Source: Eledone cirrhosa (lineage: Eukaryota). Taken from it: a DNA stretch of 64,000 bases. Position 1 is the first letter of the stretch; each line of letters opens with the position of its first letter. The translations under genes were made by a program, and so were the position numbers. Where the stretch lies: assembly GCA_964016885.1 (NCBI GenBank), contig OZ024760.1, positions 27,714,001-27,778,000 of the forward strand, given 5' to 3'. This document shows positions 30,163 to 42,377 of this stretch, piece by piece. The notes under the pieces are model-generated. The model saw only the letters and a program-made list of their open reading frames with translations, made no database searches and had not been told where the DNA came from.

Positions 30163-32031
30163 AATAATAATTTTCAAACTAAACTTTCTCACGATATCTC
30201 TAATTTTAGAAATTCTACAAACACTTTTGTTCTTTCTGATAAAACCAAAAACCTCTTTGAAGTTAATAGTAATTTGTATAACCAACTTTTAACTAATAGT
30301 ATTACCAATAAATATCAATTAACTAATAATAATAGCTACAATACTATCAATAAAGAAGCTAAAGAACTAGCTAGTTCTTTACAAATAGATAACCGGATTG
30401 AAAGCTTAGCTAAGCGTAAAGCATATATTACCCTTAAAGACCATAAATTGGACTTTACTAATCGACCTAGTTGTAGACTGATTAACCCGGCTAAATCCGA
30501 GGTTGGCCTTGCTAGTAAGAAAATCTTAAGAAAAATAATTATCCAAATTAGAACTAACACTGTCCTTTCACAGTGGCTAAATACTTCCTCTGTTATTTCT
30601 TGGTTCAATAATATACAAGGTAAAAAGAAGTGTAGATTTACGCAATTTGATATTGTCGATTTTTACCCTTCTATTACCGTTTCCTTATTAACTAAAGCCT
30701 TAGATTTTGCAAGACCCTTCATTAATATCTCCAAATTAGAAGAGGACATTATCTTTCATGCCAGAAAAACTTTACTTTTTACTAATGATAAGATTTGGGT
30801 TAAAAAGTCAAACCCTGAAAACTCTTTCGATGTTGCAATGGGTTCTTATGACAGTGCGGATGTGTGCGACTTAGTAGGATTATTCCTTCTCCACACACTC
30901 AAAGAGAAATTTCCGTCCCATAATATCGGTTTATACCGTGATGACGGATTAGCAGTTTCTCATACCACCAATGGCCATAATCTTGATAAATTCCGTAAAG
31001 ATTTAATTAGTACCTTTGCTAATCTTAACCTTAAAATTACTATAGATACGAACCTTACTAATGCTAACTTTCTTGATATTAATCTTGATCTACTTACTGC
31101 CTCTTTTAAACCCTATCATAAACCTAATGAAAATCTTAGGTATATACACAAAGAGTCTTGCCATCCCCCTATAGTTTTTAAAAATCTTATTCCTAACATT
31201 AGCCGTAGGATTTCTACTTTATCTTCGTCTATAGACATTTTTAATAAAGCCGCCCCTTATTATAATAAAGCCCTTAAGAACAGCGGTTTTACAGAAAATA
31301 TTTCTTATTTACCTATTCCCCCCCCTAAAACTAACCATAATAACAGGAAAAGGAAGATTATTTGGTTCACACCCCCCTTCTCTCTAAATGTCAAAACTAA
31401 TGTAGGAAGGAAATTCCTTGAACTATTAGACAAACATTTTCCTCCTATTCATAGATATTATAAGATTTTTAATAGGAATGTAGTTAAGATCAGCTACTCT
31501 TGTTGTCCATCCATGAAATCCAAAATCACCAGTTCAAACCGTACGAGGATAAATCCAGGATGCAGTTGCAGGAAGCCGGATGAATGCCCATTGCAGGGTA
31601 AATGTAAAACAAAATCTGTCGTTTATGAGGCTAAAATAACGCCAGTTATCAACAACCAGCCAGCCAGAAGCGAGCGATATGTCGGTATGACCCAGGACAG
31701 GTTTAAAACCAGATTTTACTCACATGTCGCTTCTTTTAAACACTCAGATAAACGAACATCAACGGCCCTCGCAAGTAAGGTATGGGATCTCAAGGATAGT
31801 AATATCCCGTACTCTATTGATTGGTCTATATTAGACCATTCGAGGGAGTACCAAAGGGGCACAAAGAATTGTTCTTTGTGTACCACAGAAAAGTATAGGA
31901 TTTTGCTAAACTTGAGAGACACTTCCGCTTGCCTTAACTCTAAGACTGAGATCTTCAGATGCTGTCCTCATCTGAAATCGCATCTGATCTGTAACTGGAT
32001 TGACACTCCTACGATAAATCAACCGCCTTGA
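30163..32031 (+). CDS. Penelope-like RT + C-terminal GIY-YIG endonuclease, N-terminally truncated
   Basis: Frame open from ~30163 (SDKTKNL); RLINP, FDIVDFYPSI, AMGS, GLYRDD, FLDI, IIWFTPPFS, CSC..CPLQGKC, VVY..YVG, RFYSH, CSLCTTEK, LNSKTE..CPH. Confidence 0.9.
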   Translation, partial: NNNFQTKLSHDISNFRNSTNTFVLSDKTKNLFEVNSNLYNQLLTNSITNKYQLTNNNSYNTINKEAKELASSLQIDNRIESLAKRKAYITLKDHKLDFTNRPSCRLINPAKSEVGLASKKILRKIIIQIRTNTVLSQWLNTSSVISWFNNIQGKKKCRFTQFDIVDFYPSITVSLLTKALDFARPFINISKLEEDIIFHARKTLLFTNDKIWVKKSNPENSFDVAMGSYDSADVCDLVGLFLLHTLKEKFPSHNIGLYRDDGLAVSHTTNGHNLDKFRKDLISTFANLNLKITIDTNLTNANFLDINLDLLTASFKPYHKPNENLRYIHKESCHPPIVFKNLIPNISRRISTLSSSIDIFNKAAPYYNKALKNSGFTENISYLPIPPPKTNHNNRKRKIIWFTPPFSLNVKTNVGRKFLELLDKHFPPIHRYYKIFNRNVVKISYSCCPSMKSKITSSNRTRINPGCSCRKPDECPLQGKCKTKSVVYEAKITPVINNQPARSERYVGMTQDRFKTRFYSHVASFKHSDKRTSTALASKVWDLKDSNIPYSIDWSILDHSREYQRGTKNCSLCTTEKYRILLNLRDTSACLNSKTEIFRCCPHLKSHLICNWIDTPTINQPP

Positions 32032-32418
32032 ACTCCTTCTCTGCTCTTTACTTTTGCTACGGCTTTTATTTTGCTGCTTCTACCTTCTGTACTCTTGTAT
32101 TTAAAAAATATATTTTTTTCTCCCTTACCTCCCTTTATATTTTTACCTCCTCTAGGCCCCCCACCCCATATATTCTTTTTGTTTTGCCCTTCACATACCT
32201 ATGTGTATGTGTATGTATTTTTGTGTGTATATATGTATATGTGTACGTATATGTTTGTGTATGTATATATATGTGTATGTATGTGTGTATATGTATGTGT
32301 GTGTATGTGTGTATATATGTCTGTATATATATATATATATATATATGTACATATATATATATATGTATATATATATATGTGTGTGTGCGTGTCTGTATGT
32401 GTGTATATATTTGTATAT

Positions 32419-32476
32419 TTCATTCTGAAGATTGAAGGAAACTTTTTTTGCTTTTAAGAAACCTCTGGTGAATGGA
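32419..32476 (+). ncRNA. Hammerhead-like motif with non-canonical GUG site
   Basis: ttcatt CTGAAGA ttgaagg..cttttaa GAAAC ctctg GTG aatgga. Confidence 0.62.
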
Positions 32477-32622
32477 TTAATTGCCTTGTATGGCTTTATT
32501 ACTTTACTACTATATATACGTTTATGTAAGGTTCATTTGTCTTATCTAATACTGAGCTTTACACATACACACATGTATATGTGTGTGTGTATGTGTATGC
32601 ATGTGTGTATGTGTGCGTGTAC

Positions 32623-32660
<38 letters not shown>

Positions 32661-32943
32661 GTATATATATGCGTGTATATATATATATGTATATGTATGT
32701 GTGTATATATGTATATGTACGTGTATGTATGTATATGTTGCGTGTGTTTTTATTTATTTTTATGTATGTGTGGGTTTGTGTGTGGGTGTGTGTGTGTGTA
32801 TATATGTGTGTGCGTTTGTATTTGGTTGTGCGTTCTTTTGATATATACGTATTTGCATGTGTATAATTGTTTAGCTATGTATGTATATGTGTGTTTACGT
32901 ATTTATATGTGTGCGTGCGTTTATATTTTTATATTTTTGTATG

Positions 32944-32990
<47 letters not shown>

Positions 32991-33388
32991 GTGTGTGTGT
33001 GTGTATATAATTACATATACATGTGTGTGTTTATATTGTATACGTGTACGTGTTTGCGTATGTATGTGTATGTACGTGTTTATGTATTTGTATATGTATA
33101 TTTATGTGTGAGAGTGTGTGTATGTGTTTACTATTTCGAACGTATGTATATGCGCTTATGTGTGTATTACTTACCACGCGTGTCTGTCCTGTTAGCTGGG
33201 GCATGTATCGCTGTCAAATATTTGTTAATATTATTTATATATTTTTTTCTTATATTTATTTGCGTGTGTTAATATGTAGTGGAGTGCATTCATGTATGTG
33301 TTTGTATGTACGTTGTATGTTTGTGTGAATGTATGTATATGTGTGTGTATATATATGTGTGTGTGTATGTGTAGGCTTGTACACACAC

Positions 33389-33430
<42 letters not shown>

Positions 33431-33461
33431 ATATGTGTATATGTGTGTATATGTATGTGTA

Positions 33462-33499
<38 letters not shown>

Positions 33500-33525
33500 G
33501 ATATGTACATGTGTATGTATATGTA

Positions 33526-33559
<34 letters not shown>

Positions 33560-33654
33560 CGTGTGTATGTATGTGTATATGTGTGTATATATATGTGTAT
33601 GTGTGTGTAGGTGTACGCTCTTTTTATATATATATATGTGTATGTATGTGTATG

Positions 33655-33690
<36 letters not shown>

Positions 33691-33900
33691 CGTATGTGTA
33701 TGTGTATGTGTGTATGCGTGCAAATTATATGTGTATATATGTGTGTGTGTGTAAGTATGCTTTTGGGTTTTTTTGTGTGTGTTTGCATGTGTAGTTTTAT
33801 TTTATTTTATTTTTCCTTTCCTTCTCCCTTTTCCAGCCTCACTTTCATATAGATTGCATTTTCGTTTTTAGAATCCATATTCAATAAACAAACCAGGATT

Positions 33901-33960
33901 TTTCATTCTGAGGATTGAAAGCAAAACCTTTTGCTTTTAAGAAACCACTGGTAAATGGAA
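33901..33960 (+). ncRNA. Type I hammerhead ribozyme motif (GUA site)
   Basis: tttcatt CTGAGGA ttgaaagcaaaa cc ttttgcttttaa GAAAC cactg GTA aatggaa. Confidence 0.8.
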
Positions 33961-34392
33961 TAATTGCCTTATGTTGTTTATTACATAATAATAATAATTA
34001 AGCTCTGTTGCTTACATAGAGCACTCTTTTTTCCTGGACTTTTCCGATGGAATTACTTCATTTACACATATATATATATATATATATATATAGAAAAGAT
34101 GAATATAAAATGAAAGTGCTTTTATAAAGGAATTTATTAGGTATTGACATATGTTTCTGTAACAGACGGAATACCTATGTATCGCTGCTTGCGTAATCAT
34201 ATAATGTTAGCAAGTATTCGATAGCAAATGTATAATCAGTTGTCACTTCTTCAGAGATATTGGATAAATTGGAAAAAATCAGAAAAATTAAAGTATTTAT
34301 ATTAGTTGTAAGAAAGGAAGAAGAGAGGGGATAGTATATGACAGATGGCAATTCAATTTGCTGGTAAACAAGTAAACACACACACATATATA

Positions 34393-34880
34393 TCATCATC
34401 AGGTTTAGCGTCCGTGTTCCACACTTGCATGGGTTTGGACGGGGGTTTTCCCACTTGAGGCAAGAGTGGTTGTCTTGCTCGCATAGGACTGTCTGGCGGG
34501 TTTTCTACAGCTGGATGCCCTTCCTAACACCAACCACATTTACAGTGTGGGGCTGGGAGGTTTTTACCGTGTTGCCTACACGGCCACATGACAGCGTGGA
34601 CTGTCTGGCAGGTTTTCTACAGCTGGATGCCCTTCCTAACACCAACCACATTTACAGTGTGGGGCTGGGAGGTTTTTACCGTGTTGCCTACACGGCCACA
34701 TTTACAGCGTGGACTGTGTGTTTTTTTGTCGTGACACCTACACGATCTCATTTGTTTCGGCCGGGATGTTGTGGCACCAATATAACTTTACATTGAAAGG
34801 GGCGGTGTGGAGGTGGTGGGACGGGGGGGGGGGGTGTTTTTATAGAGATGCCTACTGACTGTAGTAGGTTTTTACTTTAT
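34393..34880 (-). mobile_element. RTE subfamily B 3' UTR fragment with internal ~110-bp tandem duplication
   Basis: Matches 13410-13793; the ctacagctggatgccc...cggccacat segment is present twice. Confidence 0.85.
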
Positions 34881-34894
34881 TGGTGGTATTTAAT

Positions 34895-35228
34895 AATGGT
34901 TTCTTATTTAGGCACAAGGCCAGCAATTGGGGGGGGGGGGGTCGATGAAATTGACCTCAGTGCGTGACTGGTACTTTATTTTATTGACTCCATAAGGGTG
35001 AAAGGCAAAGTTGGTTTCTAATTTAGGTATGAGACCAATAATTTGTGGAGAGGGGAAAGTTGATTATATCAACCCCAGTATCTTACTGGTACTTTAATTT
35101 ATCAACCTCAGAAAGATGAACAGCAAAGTTGATCTCGGCAATGTTTGTAGTACTCAAAATATAAAGGGCCAGAACAAATACTGATAAGCATTTATCTGAC
35201 ACTAACTATTCTACCAATCCACTGCCCT
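34895..35228 (-). mobile_element. Two degenerate tRNA-SINE copies
   Basis: ggcacaaggccagcaatt...actggtacttt...aaaggcaaagtt is the reverse complement of the SINE at 36030. Confidence 0.7.
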
Positions 35229-35268
35229 GGGTGTATTTAATCATAATACCCCACCATTACACGCACAA

Positions 35269-35324
<56 letters not shown>

Positions 35325-35325
35325 T

Positions 35326-35378
35326 GAGATTCTACAGGACTAGAACTGTTTCATTCATTAGAAATCATCAGGAATCTC
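35326..35378 (-). ncRNA. Stand-alone type I hammerhead ribozyme motif (GUA site) between two (TA)n tracts
   Basis: Reverse complement: gagattc CTGATGA tttc taat gaat GAA acag ttctagtc ctGTA gaatctc. Confidence 0.8.
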
Positions 35379-35387
35379 TTATATATA

Positions 35388-35469
<82 letters not shown>

Positions 35470-35471
35470 TA

Positions 35472-35958
35472 TATTGTTATACTTGGGGAGGGTCATATTT
35501 GTGTAATATTGCCAGAATTAATAATAGAACACACTCACTGTTTGGTTGGTTTTCGCTTCTGTGTTCTTTATATCGGTAATCTAATTTATTCGGTCTTCAA
35601 TGTTGCCATTGACTGACCAACGGTCAAAATTACAGATACAATATAGACACAAACACATATATATAGTTTATCAAAGTTCTTTCGTTGCACATCTGCAACA
35701 TCGTCAGTGGTGCTATTGTTTTCTCCCGTTGCATTGTATTTTCTACGCCATCTTTCTTGGTTGGTCAGTCAATGGCAACATTGAGGACCGAATAAATTAA
35801 ATTAACCGATATAAAGGACACAGAAGCGAAAACCAACCAAACAGTGGGTGTGTTCTGTTATTAATTCTGGCAATATTATTACAACAATATGACCCTCCCC
35901 AAGTATAACAATATTTGTTTCAACACACGATTTCATATCAAAAACCTCGCAAAACTAA
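35472..35958 (+). mobile_element. Fold-back element, family B (second copy)
   Basis: Same start and tail as 25654-26130, different centre. Confidence 0.8.
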
Positions 35959-35962
35959 TATA

Positions 35963-36006
<44 letters not shown>

Positions 36007-36029
36007 ATTATTATTTATATATATATACA

Positions 36030-36218
36030 AGGCGGGATTGGCAGTATCGGTAGAGGGTCAGACGCCATGCTTCGACGCATAGAGTTTCGGCCCTTTCCAT
36101 TCTGAGTTCAAATCCCGCCGAGGTTAACTTTGCCTTTATCCTTACGGGGTCGATAAAATAAAGTACCAGTAATACACTGGATAATTGTTGGCCTTGTGCC
36201 AAAAGTAGAAACAATTAT
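36030..36218 (+). mobile_element. tRNA-derived SINE (central gccttt.atcc..ggggtcgataaaa..agtacc motif, resembling the MESC/Meta domain)
   Basis: A box tggcagtatcgg, B box gagttcaaatcc; many copies in the window. Confidence 0.85.
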
Positions 36219-36697
36219 TTATATATATATATGTGTATATATATATATATATATATAATATATATATACATACATATATATGTATGTATATGTGTGTGTT
36301 ATATACATATCTGTATATGTATGTATGTATATATATATATAGATATATTGATATATATATATATCATCATCATCATCACCATTTTACGTCCATTTTCCCA
36401 TTCTAGCATGGGTTAGATGAGTTGTCCTGTTATGGGCAATGCCAGATCAGGTGACCATGTCTTGCTCATACAGAAGTGATATATATATGTGTGTGTGTGT
36501 GTGAAGGGCAGTGGGATGGGGTGGTGGGATGGGTGAGGGGTGGAGCGGGGAGGAGGTATTTATTATCAATGAAATCACATGACAAGAAACAAACCTTTGA
36601 ATCCAGCAAAGAGTGAAATTATCTGATATTTAGTGCTTGTGGTTGAGGGGAGTGGGGGTGGTAGTCATCAATAATATATATATACATATATATATAT

Positions 36698-39127
36698 ATC
36701 ATCATCATCCTCATCATCACTGTTTTACGTCCGTTCTTCCACGCTAGAATGGGTTAGACAGGTTGTCCTGTTGTGGGCAGTGTCTGGTCGGCTGACCTTG
36801 TCTTGCTCATACGGGAACTGATTGTGGCTTGATTTCTACAGCTGGATGCCCTTCCTAACACCAACCTCATTTACAGTGAGTGCTGGGTGCTTTTTTGCCA
36901 TTGCACCTCCACGTCCACTTTGCAGTGGGAGGGTGTGGAGGCATATTGTCTATATGCTTCAACCTCAGCTTGTACCCGTGGAGAGGGGGGGGTCGGGTCT
37001 TCTGTATTACTGCGTGACGCCAGAGGTCACGATCGTGTGTCATCACCTTTGAGAGGTGTAATTGGGTAAGGTCGGCTTTTATCACCTCATTCCAGGTCTT
37101 CTTGGGACTCCCCACTCCGCGGTTTCCATCGACTTCTACTGCTCTGCACCTTTTTATGCAGCTGTCTTCCTTCATACGCATCACATGTCCATACCAATGC
37201 AACCGCCTCCCCTGCACACAGCATTTGATTCCTCTTATGCTCAGTCTCTCAATTCATTTATGCTTTGCCGTTTGCATATATTACTATTACACATCCATCG
37301 GAGCATGCAGGCTTCGTTTCTTTCTAATCTACGCAAGTCTTCCACAGACAGCGCCCAGGTCTCACTACCATGTAACATTGCTGTTCATATACACGCATCA
37401 TACAGTCTGTCTTTCCTTTTGAGGGAAAAGCCTTTTGCAGCTAGCAGTGGCAGTAGCTCCCTGAACTTCTTCCATCTCGTTTTTACCCTAGTTATTGTAC
37501 TTTCCCAACACCCACCTCCGCTGCTAATTCTGTCACCTAGGTAGCACAAGCTGTCTACTGTTTCTACAGAGCCCTCCCAGAGTTTGGTGGTACTTGTTTC
37601 CTGTGGCTGTTTGCTGCTCGCTGTCCCAGCACAGCTGCTACATGTAAAGCCTACATCTCTTGTGTACCCATTGTTTGCATTTGGGGCAGAGAATGGAGTT
37701 CCTACCTACACCTTTCCTACATACTGAGTAAGGCCATTTCCCTGAGGGGTTCTGGATTCTGTTTTCTCGTCTACTTACAAGGACCTTAGTCTTTGTCAGG
37801 TTGACTTTGAGACCCTTTCTTTCTAGTCCCTGCTTCTAAGTTTGGAATTTCTTCTCTAGTTCTACCATAGATTCAGCTATAAGTGCGAGGTCATCTGCAT
37901 ACAGGAGTTCCCATGGGCATCCTGTCTTAAACTCCTCCGTTATTGCCTGCAGGACTATAATGAACAGGAGAGGGCTAAGAACAGAGCCCTTGCTATACTC
38001 ATTGCTAATCCTAACTTTGCTGACTGCTTCCCTATACATGGCTTGTACAGCTTTCACAAGCCATTCATCTACTCCTAGTTTTCTAAGAGCCCACCAGATT
38101 ACAGCACGTGGAACTCTGTCAAAGGCTTTCTCGAGATCAACGAATGCCAGGTAGAGTGGCTTACTTTTAGCTAGGTACTTTTCCTGTAACTGCCTCACAA
38201 GGAAGAGGGCATCAGTGGCGCCTCTTCCTGGCACAAACCCAAATTGCATCTCATCTAATTTCACCCGGTCCCTAATCAACTGCGCTATAACTCTTTCTGT
38301 TACTTTCATGACCTGGTCCATCAACTTTATACCTCTATAGTTTCCTCTATCTAGTGCATCACCTTTACTTTTGTAGCAGTTGACAATGATGCTACTGCAC
38401 CAATCCTTTGGTAGGACACATTCTAGTATTACCTGGTTAACAATACGTGTGGTTATAGTGTGACCTACCGACCCAGATGCCTTCAGCATCTCGGCAGCTA
38501 TACCCGATGGACCGGTTGCCTTCCCCGTCTTCATATCTTTGATTGCCTTACTTACTATGCTGCTGCTGACTTGTACTGCCGGCCCCTCTATAGGGTCTAC
38601 TTGGGGTAGGGTCTTTTCTTCCCATGCATTCTCCTCATTTAGTAATCTATCATAATGACTCTTCCATGCATCTTTCTTCTCAGCACTTCTGAGGGCAAGC
38701 TCACCTTTATCATTCTGGATACACTTCTCTCCAATGACATCACAACTATCTCTGACACACTGCCTCGCAATCTTGAACACCTCCTGTTTCTGGTCCTCAC
38801 GTTGCAAAACATGCTTGTATTTTCTATCCTCTGCTTCCCTCCTAGCTAAGTATACTTGTCGCCTAGCATCCCTCCTGGTCTCTATGTAATGTACCGTGCT
38901 TCCCCGTTCTTCCATTCTTTCCATGCCTGTCTCTTGGCCTTAACTGCCTCATCTACCTTATTGTTCCACCACCAAGTCATTCTCCTCCTGCCTGTGGTCT
39001 TACTCCAGCCACAGATCTCATCCGTCGCCTCTAGTAAGTTATTTTTTAGGAACTCCCAGTGCTCTTCTACATTGAATGTCTCTATCTGTCCTTTTGTACT
39101 GCCGTAGGAGTTGAGTAAAATATCTTT
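36698..39127 (-). mobile_element. RTE-clade LINE, subfamily A, 5'-truncated
   Basis: ORFs 37836-38924 and 36867-37217 with RT motifs including LLYADDL; TWWWN linker motif near 38970; (GAT)n tail. Confidence 0.93.
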
Positions 39128-39138
39128 ATATATATATA

Positions 39139-39411
39139 TTATTCAAAATATTAATAAATGAAAAATATTCTCATAACCAAAATATATATTTTATTATACA
39201 TATTTCAAAGGTACAATGGTGTTTCAGTACGTTTTCATCAGATAAAATATATGAGAGATTGGATATGCGACATACCGCTAAGGTTTTGATTATTCAATTC
39301 CTGGAATTGAATAATCAAAACCTTGGCGGTATGTCGCATATCCAATCTCTCATATATTTTATCTGATGAAAACGTACTGAAACACCATTGTACCTTTGAA
39401 ATATGTATAAT
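39139..39411. mobile_element. Fold-back element, family C-like (arms 39193-39301 / 39303-39411)
   Basis: ~109-bp near-perfect palindrome with a 1-nt centre; same start (ttattcaaaatattaataaatg) as 26197. Confidence 0.82.
39187..39249 (-). ncRNA. Minimal hammerhead ribozyme motif
   Basis: Reverse complement: tattttat CTGATGA aaacgtac..gtaccttt GAAAT atgt ATA ataaaata. The + strand mirror at 39355-39411 is truncated in stem I. Confidence 0.77.
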
Positions 39412-39770
39412 CAGTAGAGCATGAGACACCGTGCTTTGCAGCACAGAGTTACGTCCCTTTGCGTTCCCTGTTCAAATCGAACCGGGGTCAATGAAATAAA
39501 GCACCAGTAACGTACTGGGGTCAATTAAAAAATATTTCAATTAGGGGTTAGTTTTTCAGAATTGTTGCTTGTAGGACAGAGAAAATATCTGTGGTATTTA
39601 GTTACAACCCTTTCCATCGTTAAAGTGTCAGATGAGATGTATTGTGTTTTTTTTTGTGTTTTTATGACCAGGGTTGATATAGTACCAGTGATGCACTGGG
39701 GTCAATTTAATCGACTTTCCCCTCCGCCTAAAATTGCTGGCCTTGTGCCTGAAGTAGAAATAATTATTAA
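39411..39770 (+). mobile_element. Degenerate tRNA-SINE fragments
   Basis: gttcaaatc B box; ccagtaa..actgggg; ttgctggccttgtgcct. Confidence 0.6.
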
Positions 39771-40113
39771 TATACATTTTTTTTTAATCAGGTGTCTTTA
39801 ATTGAACCAATACTTAATATGAAATAGTAAACTTTGATCTTTCCACAGGTGTAACAGTCAGCTCTCTCTCTACCTCTATCTCTTTCTATATATATCTATC
39901 AATCTTTCAACCCCCCCCCCCCCGCTCTCTATCTATCAACGTTTTTTTCCTTTTTTTTTCTGCCTGTCTATCATTTATTTTTTCTTTCTTTCTTTTTATC
40001 TTCACTCCTAATTTTATGTTATTTAAAAAAAAAAAAGTCATTCTCTAATATTTTACCTGGTGTACAACAAAGGTAAGTTGAAATAGAATTATATATATAA
40101 TTATATTTTTGTT

Positions 40114-40145
<32 letters not shown>

Positions 40146-40146
40146 G

Positions 40147-40192
<46 letters not shown>

Positions 40193-40689
40193 TATTTTTT
40201 AATTATTATTTGTGTGTATATATATATAGATACATATACATATCATCATCATCATGTATATGTATTTTTTTTATTAGTATTTGCGTGTATAGATCTATAC
40301 ATCTACATATACATCTACATATACATACATACATATATACATCTACATACATATATATCATCATCATATACATATCATCATCATCATGTATATGTATTTT
40401 TTTTATTAGTATTTGCGTGTATAGATTTATACATATACATCTTCATATACATATATATATATATATATATACATCTACATATACATACATATATATATAT
40501 ATATACATCTACATATACATACATATATATATATATATATACATATACATACATATATATATACACCTTAGCGAATCTGGTCCCTTACGTTTTGAACACA
40601 TTTCTCTTTTACTCTTTTACCTGTTCCAGCCATCCGGCTGAGGCCATGCTGGGGCACCACCGTTGTTGCTACACATTTTATCTCCAGCC

Positions 40690-40868
40690 TGTATTGGTTG
40701 GCCACTGGTGTAAGAGGGAGTTTGTTGCTGCTGCCCTTAGGTTTCCCTTGTGCCTTGCTGTGGGCTCATCCGGGATCCTGGATAGCAAGGTGTTGAGATG
40801 TTTCTTGAAGACATCTACCTCCACACCATGCAGATCTCTCAGATCCCTCAGCAGCTTGTTGAAGAGTT
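40690..40868 (-). mobile_element. CR1-group LINE C-terminal fragment
   Basis: LFNKLLRDLRDLHGVEVDVFKKHLNTLLSRIPDEP...NSLLHQ. Confidence 0.7.
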
Positions 40869-41049
40869 ATATTTATATATCTGTGTTTGTTTATCTTTTA
40901 TATTCAATTATAATATATGGCTCGGAAAAATCTCTTTCATAGAGTTATTTTGAAACTATTTTGAGTTTCTAACTCAATATATACCTTTGATATATATATA
41001 CATACACACACACACACATATATATATATATATGCATATATATATATAT

Positions 41050-41336
41050 GTGGAGCAATGTGAAATAAAGTGTCTTGTGTTGTTTCCTTGAGCAAGACAC
41101 TTTATTTGACATTGCTCCAGTTTACTCAGCTGTAGAAATGAGATGCTAGGGACTGAGGTGCCTATCATTCCACTGCAAAGTGGTCGTGGAGGTGCCACGG
41201 CAAAAAAGCACCCAGTACTCACTGTAAATGAGGTTGGTGTTAGGAAGGGAATCCAGCTGTAGAAATCAAGCCAGTATCAGTTCCCGTCCCACCCTTGCAA
41301 GCAGGGAAAAAGCGGACGTAAAATGAAATGAATGAT
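41050..41336 (+). mobile_element. 5'-truncated tRNA-SINE (RTE tail) with short 5' inversion
   Basis: tggagcaatgtgaaataaagtgtcttg / caagacactttatttgacattgctcca. Confidence 0.8.
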
Positions 41337-41371
41337 ATATATATGCATATATATATGCATATATATATATA

Positions 41372-41775
41372 GTTGTGTATAATGGTAGCTATGGTGCTTC
41401 CATAGGCGGTATGCCAAAATTAGCACTCGATATTCATCAGTGGTGCATCTGGACTTAGTTCATTTTGTGTTACAAATGTTTCACCGGCATGTAGCTCGAG
41501 TCATGGTCCTTGTATGGATCTGGCTGATTCTACTTCTGCGGGTTCTTTCAGACACGGGTGTTTCGTCTGGAGCAAATTTTATCATGATAAAATTTGCTCC
41601 AGACGAAACACCCGTAAATTTTATCATGATAAAATTTGCTCCAGACGAAACACCCGTATCTGAAAGAACCCGCAGAAGTAGAATCAGCCAGATCCATACA
41701 AGGACCATGACTCGAGCTACATGCCGGTGAAACATTTGTAACACCCAATAAATTAAGTCCAGATGTATTACTGAT
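41372..41775 (-). mobile_element. Fold-back element, family E (arms 41436-41775) with duplicated 42-bp centre
   Basis: Palindrome centred on atcatgat; 41574-41615 repeated at 41616-41657; GAAACACccGTGTC hammerhead 3' half. Confidence 0.78.
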
Positions 41776-41849
41776 TTTTCGTTTTCTTTATTTTATACTA
41801 TATATATATCATCATCACCATCATTTTACGTTCGCTTTGATGATGATGA

Positions 41850-41891
<42 letters not shown>

Positions 41892-41982
41892 TCATCATCA
41901 TCATCATTTTACATCTGATTTTCCCTGCTTGCAAGGGTGGGAGGAGTCCTATTCAGCATCTCTCCATTTGTCACGGTCGTTC

Positions 41983-42029
<47 letters not shown>

Positions 42030-42032
<3 letters not shown>

Positions 42033-42247
42033 TAGTTCCACAACAATTTATTCACCATTTCCGAGAACAATTATTTCACCTTAGTTGGATGATCAGTTCA
42101 TTTTAAACCAAGTTGATGATCCGTCTAAGGTGTAACAAATGTTCTCGGAAATGGTGAATTAACTGTTGTGGAACTACTTCTACCAAACTCGTCCCATGGA
42201 CTGGGTGCTCTACTACTACGGATATAACCTTCCAGTGTTCTACTATT
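42030..42247 (+). mobile_element. Fold-back element, family F (arms ~42030-42100 / ~42118-42179 + tail)
   Basis: aagtagttccacaaca...ttcaccatttccgagaaca / tgttctcggaaatggtgaa...tgttgtggaactactt; TA-flanked. Confidence 0.75.
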
Positions 42248-42270
42248 ATATATATATAATATATATATAT

Positions 42271-42306
<36 letters not shown>

Positions 42307-42325
42307 TAAATTTAATATAGAAATG

Positions 42326-42377
42326 GCTTCTACAAGACTAGAAATGTTTCATTCAAAGGAAATTATCAGGAAAGCTT
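42326..42377 (-). ncRNA. Degenerate hammerhead related to 35326-35378
   Basis: Reverse complement: gctttc CTGATAA tttcctttgaat GAAAC atttctagtctt GTA gaagc; core mutated. Confidence 0.5.

Larger units (their letters stand above)
27429..34070 (+). mobile_element. Penelope-like element (Naiad-like), 5'-truncated, with inverted copy of its 3' ~2.7 kb
   Basis: 27429-~30161 is the reverse complement of ~31263-33995 (positions sum to 61424); ~70-bp unique tail to ~34070; TA-flanked; hammerheads in the 3' region. Confidence 0.9.

Noticed and set aside
30163-32031. Selenoprotein-type Naiad
   Set aside because: No in-frame TGA in the retained ORF, and no SECIS could be supported by eye.
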